Assembly (NCBI RefSeq): GCF_006345805.1
Contig: NC_042999.1
Coordinates: 106,888,001-106,952,000 of the forward strand
Direction of reading: 5' to 3'
Origin: Octopus sinensis
Taxonomy: Eukaryota
Length of the DNA: 64,000 nucleotides
The notes below the pieces were generated by a model that searched no databases, was not told the origin of the DNA, and was given only the letters and a program-made list of their open reading frames with translations. Each line of letters opens with the position of its first letter. Positions within the stretch are counted from its first letter, which is position 1. Of this stretch, positions 35,735 through 48,575 are shown one piece after another. Position numbers and translations under genes: made by a program.

Positions 35735-35899
35735 CATATATACAACAGCATTATTTCAGTTTGCATCTACCAAATCCACTCACAAGGCTTTGGTTGACCC
35801 GAGGCTATATTAGAAGACACTTGCCCAAGGTGTCCACACAGTCTGACTGAACCCGGAACCATGCGGTTGGTAAGCAAGCTACTTACCACACAGCCACTC
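35473..35899 (-). mobile_element. Family A SINE, near full length
   Basis: Reverse complement of the family consensus inferred from the other copies; internal (CA)n(TA)n. Confidence 0.9.
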
Positions 35900-36696
35900 A
35901 ATGAATTACCCAAATTACTATACCATGTCTTCCAACCAGGAACCACATAGTTGTAAAGTGAACTTCTTTCTTAACCATACACCCACACATGTACCTATGT
36001 TGAGAACAATTATAGTGTTTAGTGATTAAAAATCTTAAGGTTACAAAGCAAACTTCTTAACTACACTGCAGTGTATGTCTGGGTCTGCACTCATTAATAC
36101 TCACTCTATATAATTTTTTACATCACAGCTGAGTGCTATCTTTATTTTCATTATTTTCGTTTCTAGTCTTGTTAATTTACTTCTCTTCCAATAGAGGATA
36201 TAACAGTAGTTATCATAACTGAAACAGCTATGATATTAATAACTATTATTTTAGCTTTAGCATTTATTTCAGGTTTAGGTATTAATCTCATGTGTATATA
36301 TACTCTTGATATTGTCTGTATGTGCTTTACAATTCAGTTTATTGATTTCTGAGTATCTTTGAGATTTCTTATCTGGATATAACTGATATTTTTTATTAGA
36401 CATTTTATCTGTTCAAAGTGGGTTTTGTGAGTGCTTCTAAACTAGGTTTTATTAGCATTTCTATATGGAATTCCTATGCTGCTGGTTACATGTGCTCAGT
36501 TGTATGTCATCTTCAAAATACACTTTGAGCTTATTCTTATAAAAACAATCATTTAGTATCATCCCATAGCATGCTTATACATGTGAAGTTTGGTTTCATA
36601 TAACGGTTAAAGGCGTAGGTTCCAGATAAAAGAAGAATGGAGAAATCCCATTCTCTTTAAGTATTCCTTAATTATTATTATTATTATTATTATTAG

Positions 36697-37660
36697 TCTT
36701 TCTTCTTTCAATTTTGTGTCCATTTCTTGCTGAGTGTCTTCCTGACACCCAGGGAAAAGAAACTTACTGTATACATTGATAGCCCATTTAAATAAACACA
36801 CCAGATTGTTCATTTACAAAGTCAAGTTATGTGAGGAAAAAAAAGAAGAAAAGGAAAAGAAAAAGGAAACAAAAAGGAAAAAAGAAAAAAGGAAAAGAAA
36901 AAATTTACATCGATTGTAATCATTCTCACAGCAACAATGCTCTTCTTAATACAGGTAACGTACGAGTTAAAACAATCTTTTGCCATTTCTGCCTGGATGA
37001 TAAACCAGGAATCATTCTCAAATAATTTTCAGTTCCTTTTTTCATCTTTCAAAGTACTCTTACAATCACTGGTATTGTAACTGTCTTGAGATGCCACATT
37101 TTTTTCAATTTCCTTCACCAAATCTTTATATTTTCTAAACTTGTCAAATTTCTTTGCCAAGATATTATAATCACATGTCAATCAATAAACAGATTCAATG
37201 TTTTGCTCTTTCACAACAATATCCAATTTATTAGCTTTGATGGTTCTGATGATATTTTCTGAAAATCCCAAAAAATCATTACTTTTTCTTCCTCATTTAC
37301 AACTTCATGGTGGTGTATATATGACTTGTCACCAGTTTCGATTTTAAAATGCTATCATATTAACCAGTGTAGATATTGGCTCTGTTATGTCTTGGTTTAT
37401 ACTCTTTCAGTGCGTAAACTTTGCATCCAGAGATTAGGTGGTCCATTGTTTTAATCTCATCATTGCAGCAGCGGAAATTTGGATCTACTCCATTTTCTAT
37501 TACATTGACTTCATAGTTTCAGGTCAATAATCTTTGATTTTAAGCAGCCGAGATGAAGTCTTAGCTCACTGCCTTTAGTCCTGAGCTCCACAGCCACTGA
37601 TGAGTATGCTTCTAGTCAACATCAGCTTCTTTGCTATATGCCACATATTTACTAGCTTTT
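36697..37660 (-). mobile_element. R4/Dong-clade 3' fragment ending at a (TAA)n tract
   Basis: Minus strand encodes HQWLWSSGLK, a CCHC-finger remnant and RLE remnants. 3' UTR abuts (TTA)n at 36670-36695. Confidence 0.75.
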
Positions 37661-38262
37661 AAGCAACTGACCCTGAATGAGAAGATCTGCAAACAGATCT
37701 CTGACTTGTTTTGGAGAATTTGTTGCAATTGTTTCTTCTAGAGCCATATCCTAATGATGATCATATTTGTTGCTGTAAAAAAATCATGTAAAATAAAAAA
37801 CAATCACAGTAATGAAAACATAAGAATCCAAAATTTCAGGATTACAGGTCTGGATTTGGCCTGGAATGTTTTTAATTTACTCACAGAGTTAGCCTTTAAA
37901 TTATAAAAATTATTGTACAAAAAAATGGAATCCAAAATTTCAGAATTATGGGCCCACATTCAGCAGGAAATGTTTTTAATTTACTCACAGAGTCGGCCTG
38001 ATTCCAAAATGGTATGATATGTTGGGCTATGGCCTCTAGAAGTAAAGTTGAAAAACTGTGGTACACTAACACATTGACATTATATTATATTATATTATAT
38101 TATATTATATTATATTATATTATATTATATTATATTATATTATATTATATCATATATTACTATATTAAATCAAGGTGGCGAGCTGGCAAAATCATTAGCA
38201 TGCCAGGTGGAATGCTTAAGGGTATTTTGTCTGCCATTAAGTTTTGAGTTTGAATTCTGCCA

Positions 38263-39738
38263 AGACCTTTCTTCTTTCTGTGGCAGTCTTCAGTTAAGTC
38301 TTTATTGATCATTAGTTGATCTTTACAGCTGTATTAGCCCTTGCAGCAACCCTTCTGGAAACAGGTTGTTTTCTTCCAGATGATTGCTCATTTTCTGCTA
38401 TATTATTGCAGTAATGACTTTGTAAATTGTAGGAAGACTAGTAATTGGTCTGTAATTTTGTGGGTTCACCATTTCAGTGGATTTGGGAATTAGGATGGTT
38501 TTTCCTTTCATGAGCCATTCTAGTATGTCATTAAATTTCTCATCCAGCTTTTTGTGTGTTTCTGTCAGATATGTTAACCAGAAGTTGGGGATCGTATCAT
38601 GCCCGGGTACCTTTCAGTTGCTTAGTTTTTGCAGTGCCTAGGTGACTTCTTCAGTTGTTATAGGAGTCCAGAGTTGTTCAGGTGCTGAGTTTGTTGTTTT
38701 AATAGACCTTTTCTGAGGTTGTTCCTTCGCCGACCATATTTCTTCCCAAAATTCTTCCACTTCTGCTGCAGGTGCTGCATTGATGTCTATTTTATTTTTG
38801 CCAAGTTCTTGGTAGATTCTTTTGGGGTTGGAGTTGAACTGTTTGTTAAAGAAACATTGGCATTTCTCATACCAGCAGATCCATTGTGCTTTGGTAAGGA
38901 TATCTTGCTTTAGCTGTTCTTCTACCTCAGGTAAACCCTTTTCTGTAATGTATTTGCAGAGTATTTTTGCTCTCTTCTTGTTGCTTAGTAGTGCTGATTG
39001 TTTACTAGTTTCGTTAAGGATTCATAGATCTTTTCTCTTGTTTTCTATTTTTTCTGGATATTATTTATCCACAGGGTTTATTTGGGTGGTGGTGCTCCTG
39101 TTTGGATGGGTTTGAGGGAGTATCCAGCTTCTTTTGTGGCCACAGTGGCTGCTGTATATATTATGTTGTTTAGCTCAGTGATATTGACATTTGTTTCTGT
39201 GGCTATTAGTTCTGTAACGTCCAGGTTCATGCTATTTATTATTGATGTTGTTTTATTATCTATTTTAATTTTTGGGAGGTACAATCGGTGGTCCATACTG
39301 AGATCTGGGGCTTTCAGTTCTTTGATTATGCCCATTTTCAGAGTATCATAATCATTAGGTTCATCTTCATTGTTTCCCAGTTTTAGATTTGTTTTGCCTT
39401 CCTTTTCATTCATATGTTTGTCTGTAGTATTCTGGTTTGATGCTTTTTGCACATCATTATACATTCCTGCGTTCAGTGTTTGTTGTCTTTCATTATTTAC
39501 TTTGCTTTTGTTGGAAATGCTACGTCTGTCTTCTTGCTTTACAGTTCCAACACTTATGGTATTATTTGGCATTGCTGTGTGGATTTACTATCAACATTTT
39601 CCTGATGCATTTTTCATTTTAAGTGTTCTATTTCTAGATATCATTTTTGTTTTGAGAATATATCTTCGTATGTTAGCTGGTTTATTAGGATTCATTGCTG
39701 TATCCAAGTCTTTATTTAGGTTACTTTTCTTATTCGGA
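38263..39738 (-). mobile_element. R4/Dong-clade 5' half (N-terminal domain to start of RT)
   Basis: ORF 39078-39572 with ITELNNIIYTAATV. 38263-38720 is the reverse-complement homologue of ~20800-21275. 5' end abuts (TTA)n at 39739-39805. Confidence 0.85.
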
Positions 39739-39741
39739 TTA

Positions 39742-39797
<56 letters not shown>

Positions 39798-39805
39798 GTT
39801 ATTAT

Positions 39806-40635
39806 CATTTATGATTTCCTTTCATTATAACTTCATTTCAGCTGCCTTATTACTGGGCATCCTCCAGAGGCCAAGAGTAGCAAGGACAATTTTGTTTTAC
39901 TATTCATGCTAAAATTATCACCACATTTATTCCATTTTAGATGGAGATTGCTTTCCGTAGTATACAGGCTGTACCCATCAAGGTTATCCTTTGTAGTTAA
40001 CAGAGATTGGAGTTAAGGAGTTGCTTAATATATTTCTTAGCTCCCTTCTTTATCATTCCCAATGCACCAATCACTGCTGGTATTATCGTAGTACTAATCT
40101 TCCACATTTTTGCGATTTCAGTTTGCATATCTTTAGAGTGAGAAAGCTTTTTGTATTCTTTTTTTGAGACATTTGGATCTTGTGAGACAGAAATATCTTT
40201 TAACAGACAAGTTCCTCTGTTGTAGTCCTCAATCACAATGTCTGGTCGATTGCAGTCATTTTTTCTTTCTGTATAGGGAAGTTCCAAAGGAAGGTGACAC
40301 CCTCACCATTTACTACATCCTCTGGATGGTACCTGTACCACTTATTATGGGATTTAATTTTGTAGTATTTACAAGCATTCCTGTGGATGTACTGCCTTAT
40401 TCTCTCATGTCTTATGAGGTACTCCTTTTCAGCGTGAACTGGGCAGCCAGAAACAACATGATCAATTGTCTCTGAGAATTTTCTGCAAATTCTGCATGAG
40501 TTGTCAGATCCATCTTTAAGGATGTTTGCATGGTAGTTTCTGGTAGGTAAGGTAAGCTCTGATCTTGCACTGCAATAACAAGACCTTCAGTTTCCCCTTT
40601 CAGACCTGTCCCTTGTAGCCATTGGTGTGTTAAAT
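39806..40635 (-). mobile_element. R4/Dong-clade 3' fragment (RLE domain)
   Basis: HQWLQGTGLKGETEGLVIAVQDQSL, RPDIV, KEYKKL, IIPAVIGALG. 3' UTR ends at the (TTA)n tract. Confidence 0.85.
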
Positions 40636-40716
40636 TTTCATCATCATCATCATCATCATCATCACCACCACCACCACCACCGCCGCCGCCACCACCACCA
40701 CCACCACCATCACCAC

Positions 40717-40748
<32 letters not shown>

Positions 40749-40979
40749 AGGTGGCAAGCTAGCAGAATCATTAGCACCCCCAGTGAAATGCTTTGTGATA
40801 TTTCATCTACTGCCACGTTCTGAGTTCAAATTCCACCGATGTTGATTTTGCCTTTCATCCTTACAGAGCTGGTAAATTAAGTATCAGTTGCATACTGGGG
40901 TAAATGTAATCAACTAGTCCCCTCCTCCAAATTTTGGGGCCTTTTGCCTTTAGTAGAAAGGATTATTATTATTATTATT

Positions 40980-41012
<33 letters not shown>

Positions 41013-41036
41013 ATTCAGGCAGCACATTGGAAAGGC

Positions 41037-41402
41037 TTATTACCTCCGTCTTAGCAAAGGCGGAGGTATTGTTTTCAGTCATGTTTGTTTGCTTGTTTTT
41101 TTGTTTGTCCATGGATAAAATATCTCAAGAAGCACTGGATGGATTCGGATGAAATTTTCAGAGATGATTGGTATGAACTGATTAGATTTTGAGATAGATC
41201 TGGTACCGGACAAGGATTCTGGATTATTTTTCCTGTTTTTTACTTAATTTTTGAGAGCGGTTAGATTCATTTTTTGTATTCTCGTTTGTGAGAGCAGTTG
41301 AGTTAATTTCAGATATTTTCATTTTAAAAATCATCTCTGGCTAATCGTTGAGAGGATGTTGGTGTTGCCTTGGCGGAGGTTTGTGCTTTCTGAGTGCTCT
41401 TA
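41037..41402 (+). mobile_element. Helentron-associated non-autonomous element (HINE/DINE-1-like)
   Basis: 5' ATTACCTCCGTC with nearby inverted GGCGGAGGTA, GTTT/GTCC microsatellite, 3' sub-TIR GGCGGAGGT (41372-41380) followed by a degenerate hairpin ending GAGTGC; T-rich flanks. Confidence 0.7.
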
Positions 41403-41601
41403 TTATTATTGTTATTAAGGTAGCAAGTTGGAGATTCATTGGCATAAAAGAGAAAATGCTTAGTGGCATTTGCCCATCTCTATTCTCTGATTTCAAATTC
41501 TGTCAAAGTTGACATTGTTTTTAATCCTTTGGGAGTTAATAAAATGCATTCCAGTGAAGTACTGGGGTTACTGTAATAATAATAATAAGAAGAAGAAGAA
41601 G

Positions 41602-42133
41602 AAATGCCCTGATGCAGTACCAGACAGTGGCTCTCATGGCTTCTGATCTTAACTGATTGGAAGTGTTATCATGTACATTGCTTTGTCTTGGTATAAAGGA
41701 TGGGCTACAGCAAAAATTCTGCTCAATACCACAGATTTGCTTATCCATTGTTTGACCTTAACTAGTTGACCATGTCCCTTAGTGGCTGACGATATGTGCA
41801 ACTCTGATCACAAGTAGAAGTAGTGGGGGAGCATCATAGCCATGTATAAAGGAATGCTTGGATGTTTGGATAATTCACCTTTGCAAACATGGATGGTTTG
41901 TTCAACATCCTTAAACATTCCTTGTTTAGGGACCTTTTGAATGGGATGGGCTATTCGACAAGAAAATTCTAACTGGGCCCCACCTGCAAGGTCATGTGCT
42001 ATTCATCTTCATATGAGATTACCATGTCACACACATATGGTTGTGATGCATGTGCCTGGTGTACCCTTATCAGACTGGGCTTCGTATATTTTACCCCAGT
42101 GTCACTTTGATGGCATGCTCTGCTCTCTCATGC

Positions 42134-42192
<59 letters not shown>
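41602..42192 (+). mobile_element. Retroposon-like repeat ending in (AAT)n
   Basis: Segment TTCTGCTCAATACCACAGATTTGCTTATC...AGTAGTGG recurs at ~14118-14260; terminates in a long AAT tail. Class not assigned. Confidence 0.55.
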
Positions 42193-42196
<4 letters not shown>

Positions 42197-42951
42197 GATT
42201 TATTTGCAAGGGAGATATAACAAGATTTATTAGATTTCTGCTTTTTTGAAAGGTATAGCCAAGAAAGTAAAGTTGATTAGTTTTTGCTGAGAATTGAAAT
42301 GAATTTGTAAAATTATATTCCTGCACAGCTGCTTCCCTGCTGCAATACTCACTCCTCATAAATCATTTTATAATGATTTTTGCTATATTTTTTTGTGTTT
42401 TCCATCATAATTGGAATGAATTATGATCCCAAACATAGGCAGAAAAAGCAAACATTTCTGGAGTTGTGTGCAGTTATAACCAGTACTTTACTGGTACTTC
42501 TTTTACCAAATTTGGATGAAAGACAAATCTGAGACCATAAAGAGACATTCTGCAAAGCATTCAATTCAGTGTTGTACCAGATAAGCCAATCATCATTTTT
42601 ATATTGGAGAAAGAGTGATAACAATTTTGCAAAGATATACAAATGAGAATAATGATTTAATAATTTAACATTAAAGGGAAGTGTATGGAATAGTCATAGT
42701 ATTTGTGTCTTTCTGATATAGATTAGTGAAGTGATTAATGTTCTGCTTGATAGAATTCTTAGAGACATTAAACTGAAGTAATGCTTCATCTTGCAGACAA
42801 GTAAACTACAGCAAATTAACCACAACTGGTCACATTTTAGGAGTCAGACTGCCAAATCGAGCTGCTACTTTGAATTCTAACAGCACAGACATTTCACTCT
42901 GCCTGGGTAATATTTATCCCCACTTAAATGTGGATGTTCTGTGAGAACAAA

Positions 42952-43105
42952 CTATACTGCCATAGATACCATGAGAGAACCTCTCTTTGGCTTTTGGTGC
43001 AAAATGCACTTTTGTTCACCTCCCCTGCTAGTGATATGAACAAGAGTACATTTTGCACCAAAAGCAGAAATAAGAGTTTCTCTCATGGTATCTATCACAG
43101 TATAG
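42952..43105. repeat. Palindromic hairpin (MITE-like)
   Basis: ATAGATACCATGAGAGAA / TTCTCTCATGGTATCTAT and GCTTTTGGTGCAAAATG / CATTTTGCACCAAAAGC arms with a short loop. Confidence 0.85.
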
Positions 43106-45489
43106 GTTGCCTAAAAGAACATCCACATTTAATTGGGCATAAATATTACCTCTTAGCATTAATACTGTCTCTGTTGCTAATATATATTTTTACTCTGTCT
43201 ATCTACTGTACAAGTCTTGCATTTTAGGTGATTTGAACCTGGAAATGAAATTTATCATGCATCTATGTTGTTGTGTTTGTCGAATATTATAATGCATTTG
43301 TCTGAATCAAATAAAAGAATTGGTAAACTTAGAATGCTTCTATGATAGTTAGCACTGCTTTCACATGTCAGTAATGCTTCTATTTGTGTATATGTAATTG
43401 CAGATTCTGTATTGGTTATGACATTTATTGGCCATGAATTATGCCAAATTATTTCTATATTAAAATGTGTTAAAACGAACATTGATTAAGCTATATATTA
43501 TCAACATTGGTCAATTTAAACACATGAATTCTCAAAATACTTATACCAGGCTTTCCATCTAAATTATATATGAAATATGCTAAATATCAATAAATAGTAA
43601 TTAAATATGAGAAATATGAGATGTGGTAGGTTTACGAAATTAATAAAAGCAGTGTAAGAAATCAAAATATAACATCAATTAAAGCAACATCAATTCAGAC
43701 AGGATTAATGTTTGTAAAGATCCGTAAAGATCCTTCCTTTACAGGAAAATATTGTCTTCTTTCTTTCATAAACACTGAAGCCAATAACTGTCAATATGTG
43801 AACAGCTACTGCAAGCCTCTGCCAACAATTTAGCATTGCTCAAATTAAATGAAACATTTTCCTGACAAAGAGCAACTGCAAGCATTGAAAAATGTTGTAA
43901 GAATTTATAAGATTAATCTTGAAGCAGATTAATTGCTGGAAGCCTCATATAATATGCAAGCTTTTGAAAGAGAACAAATTATTCTCTATTGATTTCCCCT
44001 TCATTTTGCCAAAACTGTGAAACAGGTAACTCAACAAACAATCTTAAGTTCTATTGAATAAAGTGCTAACACTGAAAAGAAAAAATATTTTCTATTCTAT
44101 GAATATAAGTGTTTAATTAGTAATATAAAGCAAGCAACAGAAAATACTAAAATGTTTAGTTCTATTGTTGGTCTCATGAGAAAGCAGAACTACATTTACT
44201 ACAACAATATGAGACAATAGTGGAAATTCTGATGTTATTAGCTTTTATTGCTTATTGTACAAAATATCTCTATTGAAATTGTTATTATTCGGATCACAAT
44301 CCTTATCAATCATATTATCATTACCATCATTATATTATTATTTCATTATCATCATTGTTGCTATTAACATATACAGTTTTTCACTGAAATTTAAAGTTTG
44401 ATTTCCTAAGCCCTGTTGATTGAGATATGTGATACTCAAAATATCCTATTCCTATTCTGTTTTATGTTTTCATTTTTTTCAGAAAGGCCTAACAACATTT
44501 AATAGAAAGCCCAAAGAGGCTTAGGAAATGTTATTAACCAGCATGTCATTAAAGAAAAGAAAGATTAATATCCCATAACAGAAATATATGAATATCAATA
44601 ACTTTATTAATAATATTGTTGTTGCCATTATTACTATTATTATTGTTATTGTTGTTGTTGTTATAAATAACAATATTAATAGTTATCATTGCTTTTATTA
44701 CCACTAGAACCCATTCATGTGTACTAAAAGCATATTACAAAATTATTACAAACCCATGTGAAGATGTACAAAGTTTTCTAAAAATTGGCTGTAAAGAACT
44801 AAAATGTTTTTATTTATGAATTTATTGAAAAATGATTAATAAAAATATATAAACACTTAATATAATTGATAGAGGGTAATTCACCAAAATGCAAGTGAGA
44901 AACCACAACATGAGTTAGAGCACACTGGTAGTCAGCATTTATATGCATGGCAATACTAAGAGCTGATTTTAGTCTGTGTTGTGTATGTGTGCATGTATGT
45001 ATCTGTGTATATATTTATATATGTATGTGTGTGTATGTATGTAAATATATATATATATGTGCTAGTATATATGTGCTTGTATATATGTATATGTGTGTAT
45101 GTATGTGTGTGTGTTTTTCTGTATGTGTGTATGTGAATATGTAAATATGTGTGCATGTGTTTGTGTTTGTGTGTGTCTGTGTGCATGCATGTGTATATCT
45201 TTTATCTTTTACTTGTTTCAGTCAGACTGTGGCCATACTGGAGCACTGCTTTGAAGAATTTTAGTCAAATAAATCAACCCCAGTAGTTATTTTATTTTTT
45301 TAAGCCTGGTACTTATTCTATTGGTCTCTTTTGCTCAACTGCTGTATATATATATATATATAAAGCCTGTATATATATAAACTCAACCGACCATAGCACC
45401 ATTCCTTTGGGGGTAATTTTTCAATATTTTCAGTAAAATAAGCATTAATTTTTACATTCTAATGCTTTGTTTTCCTTTCTTTGCAGATT

Positions 45490-46591
45490 GCATTATACCA
45501 TAGTAGTTACATACATATTGATTTTACCATTTTAAAATGAATTTAGATCAGACACTGCATGCTAAATGAGTTCAAAAAGACCCTTCAGCAATAAAAGTGG
45601 CAAGAAATATTTGTTCTGCTTGTGAAAATGAAGCTCAGACACCCCAACAATGCTTTTGTCAGATTTGTTCTGGTAATTTTCCTACGGTAGATTCCCCACG
45701 ATCAAGATAATGTAGTTCTGTTAATATTGAGCTTCAGAAATCTGTAATTGGGAAAAAAAATCCAAAGTAACTGTATGATAAGTGGTAAGTCACTTCAATT
45801 TAAGTCACACATCATTAATCATCTTCAGGAAGAACTGAAGATGCAATCTGACTGATTCTCACCTAAACCAAAGCACTGATGTTTGCTCACCATTGAAGAG
45901 ATGACTTACTACCAAACCTTTCTTTGGTGGTATCATTACAAAAGATGAAAAAAAAAGAATTCTCTATTGTTATATCCAATGAAAAGAAAAATGGTTAGCA
46001 CCCAATAAAAAAAGGAGACTCCCAACCAGAACTGCACTCCAAAAAAGTTGTGCTCTGTGTTTGGTGTAAATGTGAAGGGTATCATTTATCATAAGGTGTT
46101 AAAACAAAGCAAAATGGTTAATGCAAAGAGATATTTTTATCACTTGGAAGCATTGCAGAAAAATTTACTGGAAAGGTGCCCTTCATTAGTCAATCATGAA
46201 GTGGTGTTGCTCTTGCATGATAATGCCAGACCACATATTGACCAAGTCATTCAGAAAAAGGTTCTGGCACTAAATATGGTGGATTTCACTTATCCATTTA
46301 CTCTGTCGAGCTTGCTCCAGCTGACTATCATCTTTTCAGATCATTGCACGATTATTTAGAGAGAAACTAGTTTATTATTTGTGAAGAGATAAAAAAAATT
46401 ATATTGAATGTTTCTGTACTTCAAAGACCTCAAGAACTTTATGCTTGAGAGATCAATGATTTGCCAAAGATATGGTATTGTGTTATCAATAATGATAGGT
46501 GTATCTTGATTAAATATATCAGTGAAGACCAAAGAAGTACTTGTTTCTTTCCAATCTTGAAATATTACAGGTCTTTCTTTCCAACTTAATA
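45490..46591 (+). mobile_element. Decayed mariner transposon
   Basis: IITKDEK, GIIYHKVL, LLHDNARPH and ELAPADYHLFRSL motifs in order. Right end TTTCCAACTTAATA is TIR-like; left end not resolved. Confidence 0.85.
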
Positions 46592-46599
46592 TATATATA

Positions 46600-47250
46600 G
46601 GTGTGAGCATGGCTGCATGGTTAAGAAGTTTAATTCTCAGCAATGTGGTCTCAGGTTCGGTCCTACTGTGCACTAACTTTGGTAAGTATCTTTTATGTTC
46701 CAGAAAACAAAAGCCTTGTAAGTGGATCTGATAAATGGAAAATGAAATAAACCTACAGTATATATATTCATTCTTTTACTTGTTTCAGACATTTGACTAC
46801 AGCCATGCTGGAGCACCACCTTGAACGGTTTTAGTCAAATAGATAGACCCCCAGGACTTGTTTTTTAAGCCTAGTACCTATTCTATCGGTCTCTTTTGCT
46901 GAACCACTCTATGTTACAGGGACATAAACACACCAACACTAGTTGTCAGGTGGTGATGGGAACAAACGCACACACACATATATATATACGACGGGCTTCT
47001 TTCAGTTTCCGTCTATCAAACCCACTCACAAGGTTTTGTTCAGCTTGAGGCTATAATAGAAGACACTTGCCCAAGGGGCCGTGCAGTGAGACTGAACACA
47101 GAACCATGTAGTCAGGAAACAAGCTACTTGCCACACAGCCACACCTGTAAGTTCTAGTTGGTAATACAGTAAAAGAAACTGATAGAATAATTACTGGAGT
47201 CAGGCTATACTCCAGCATGGTTACAGTTCATTGACTGAAATAATTACAAG
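46600..47250. mobile_element. Family A SINE (46770-47147, minus) nested in an older plus-strand copy
   Basis: Plus-strand head at 46600-46760 and tail at 47170-47250 flank a complete minus-strand copy. Confidence 0.75.
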
Positions 47251-47299
47251 TGCAAATGAAACAAAGTCAAGTAAATGGCTTGTTTAACTCATGACAACC

Positions 47300-48575
47300 A
47301 TTATCATCATCGTCGTCGTTTAATGTCCACTTTCCATGCTGGCATGGGTTGGACGGTTTGACTGAGGGCTGACAAGCCAGAAGGCTGCACCAGGCTCCAA
47401 TCTGAACTGGCAAAGTTTCTACAGCTGGATGCTCTTCCTACTGCCAACCACTCCAAGAGTGTAGTGGGTGCTTTTTACCTGCTACCGGCATGAGGGGCAG
47501 TCAGGTGGTATTGTCATCAACCATGCTTGGCTGGTGCTTTTTACATGCCATTGGCATGGGACCAGTCAGCTGGCACTGGCATCGATCACGCTCGAATGGT
47601 GCTTTTTACGTGCCACAGCATTGACTGATTGGATGCCAATCAGTCAATGCTGTCATTGGCCATAGCAATGGCTTCACTTGATTCAACAGATCTTCACACG
47701 TGCAGTTTATTGCCCAATAATTAAAGGATACTCTTAAATGGGCTGGTTATGCTGCACTGGCATAGGCCATAGTTATGGTCTCACTTGGCTTGCCAGGTCT
47801 TCTCAAGCACAGCATATCTCCAAAGGTCTCGGTCACTTGTCATTGCCTCCGTGAGGCCCAACGTTCAATGGTCGTGCTTCACCATCTCATCTCAGGTCTT
47901 CCTGGGTCTATCTCTTCCACAGGTTCCCTGTACCACTAGGGTGTGACACTTTTTCACACAGCTGTCCTCATTCATACGCAACACATGACCATACCAGCAC
48001 AGTCACCTCTCTTGCATACCACATGTGATGCTTCTTATGTCCAACTTTTCTCTCAGAGCACTTACACTCTGTCATGTATGCACACTGACATTACACATTC
48101 AGCAGAGCATACTAGCTTCATCCCTTGCAAGCTTAAACATATCCTCAGCAAGTATGGCCTATGTTTCGCTGCCATGTAGCATGGCTGTTCACACACATGC
48201 GTCATACAGTCTACCTTTCACTCTGAGTGAGAGGCCCTTTATCACCAGCAGAAGTAGGATCTCTCTGAACTTTGCCCAAGCTATTCTTATTCTAGAAGCT
48301 ACACTCTCAGAGCATCCACCCTGGCTACTAACTTGGTCACCTAGGTAACAGAAGCTATCAACTACTTGTAGTTTTTCTCCCTGGCATGTTATGGAAGCTG
48401 TTTTCTGCACATTTTCAATGTTTATTGCCTCTGAGCTTCTGCCACACACAAAAACTATCTTCCCAGTTAGCCTTCCTTTGATATTGCTGCACCTCTTATT
48501 TGTCCATAGCTTACACTGGGTACATCCTATGGAGTTTCTACCAATGACTTTTCTACAGATCAAGCAGGGCCATCT
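47300..48575 (-). mobile_element. 5'-truncated RTE-clade LINE with PHD-like finger
   Basis: VVDSFCYLGD...RIRIAWAKFRE...KGRLYDACV; C-terminus DRDLWRYAVLEKTWQAK* ends at 47781. 3' UTR has repeated GGTGCTTTTTAC motifs and a (GAC/GAT)n tail. Confidence 0.9.

Noticed and set aside
37824-37999. Two diverged ~70-bp direct repeats (period 104); also the 29-bp pair at 53073-53136
   Set aside because: Only two units and no cas genes in eukaryotic-type DNA; ordinary local duplications, not CRISPR.
39370-39912. 180-aa hydrophobic ORF resembling a membrane protein
   Set aside because: Antisense of the A-rich Dong N-terminal region plus a (TTA)n tract.
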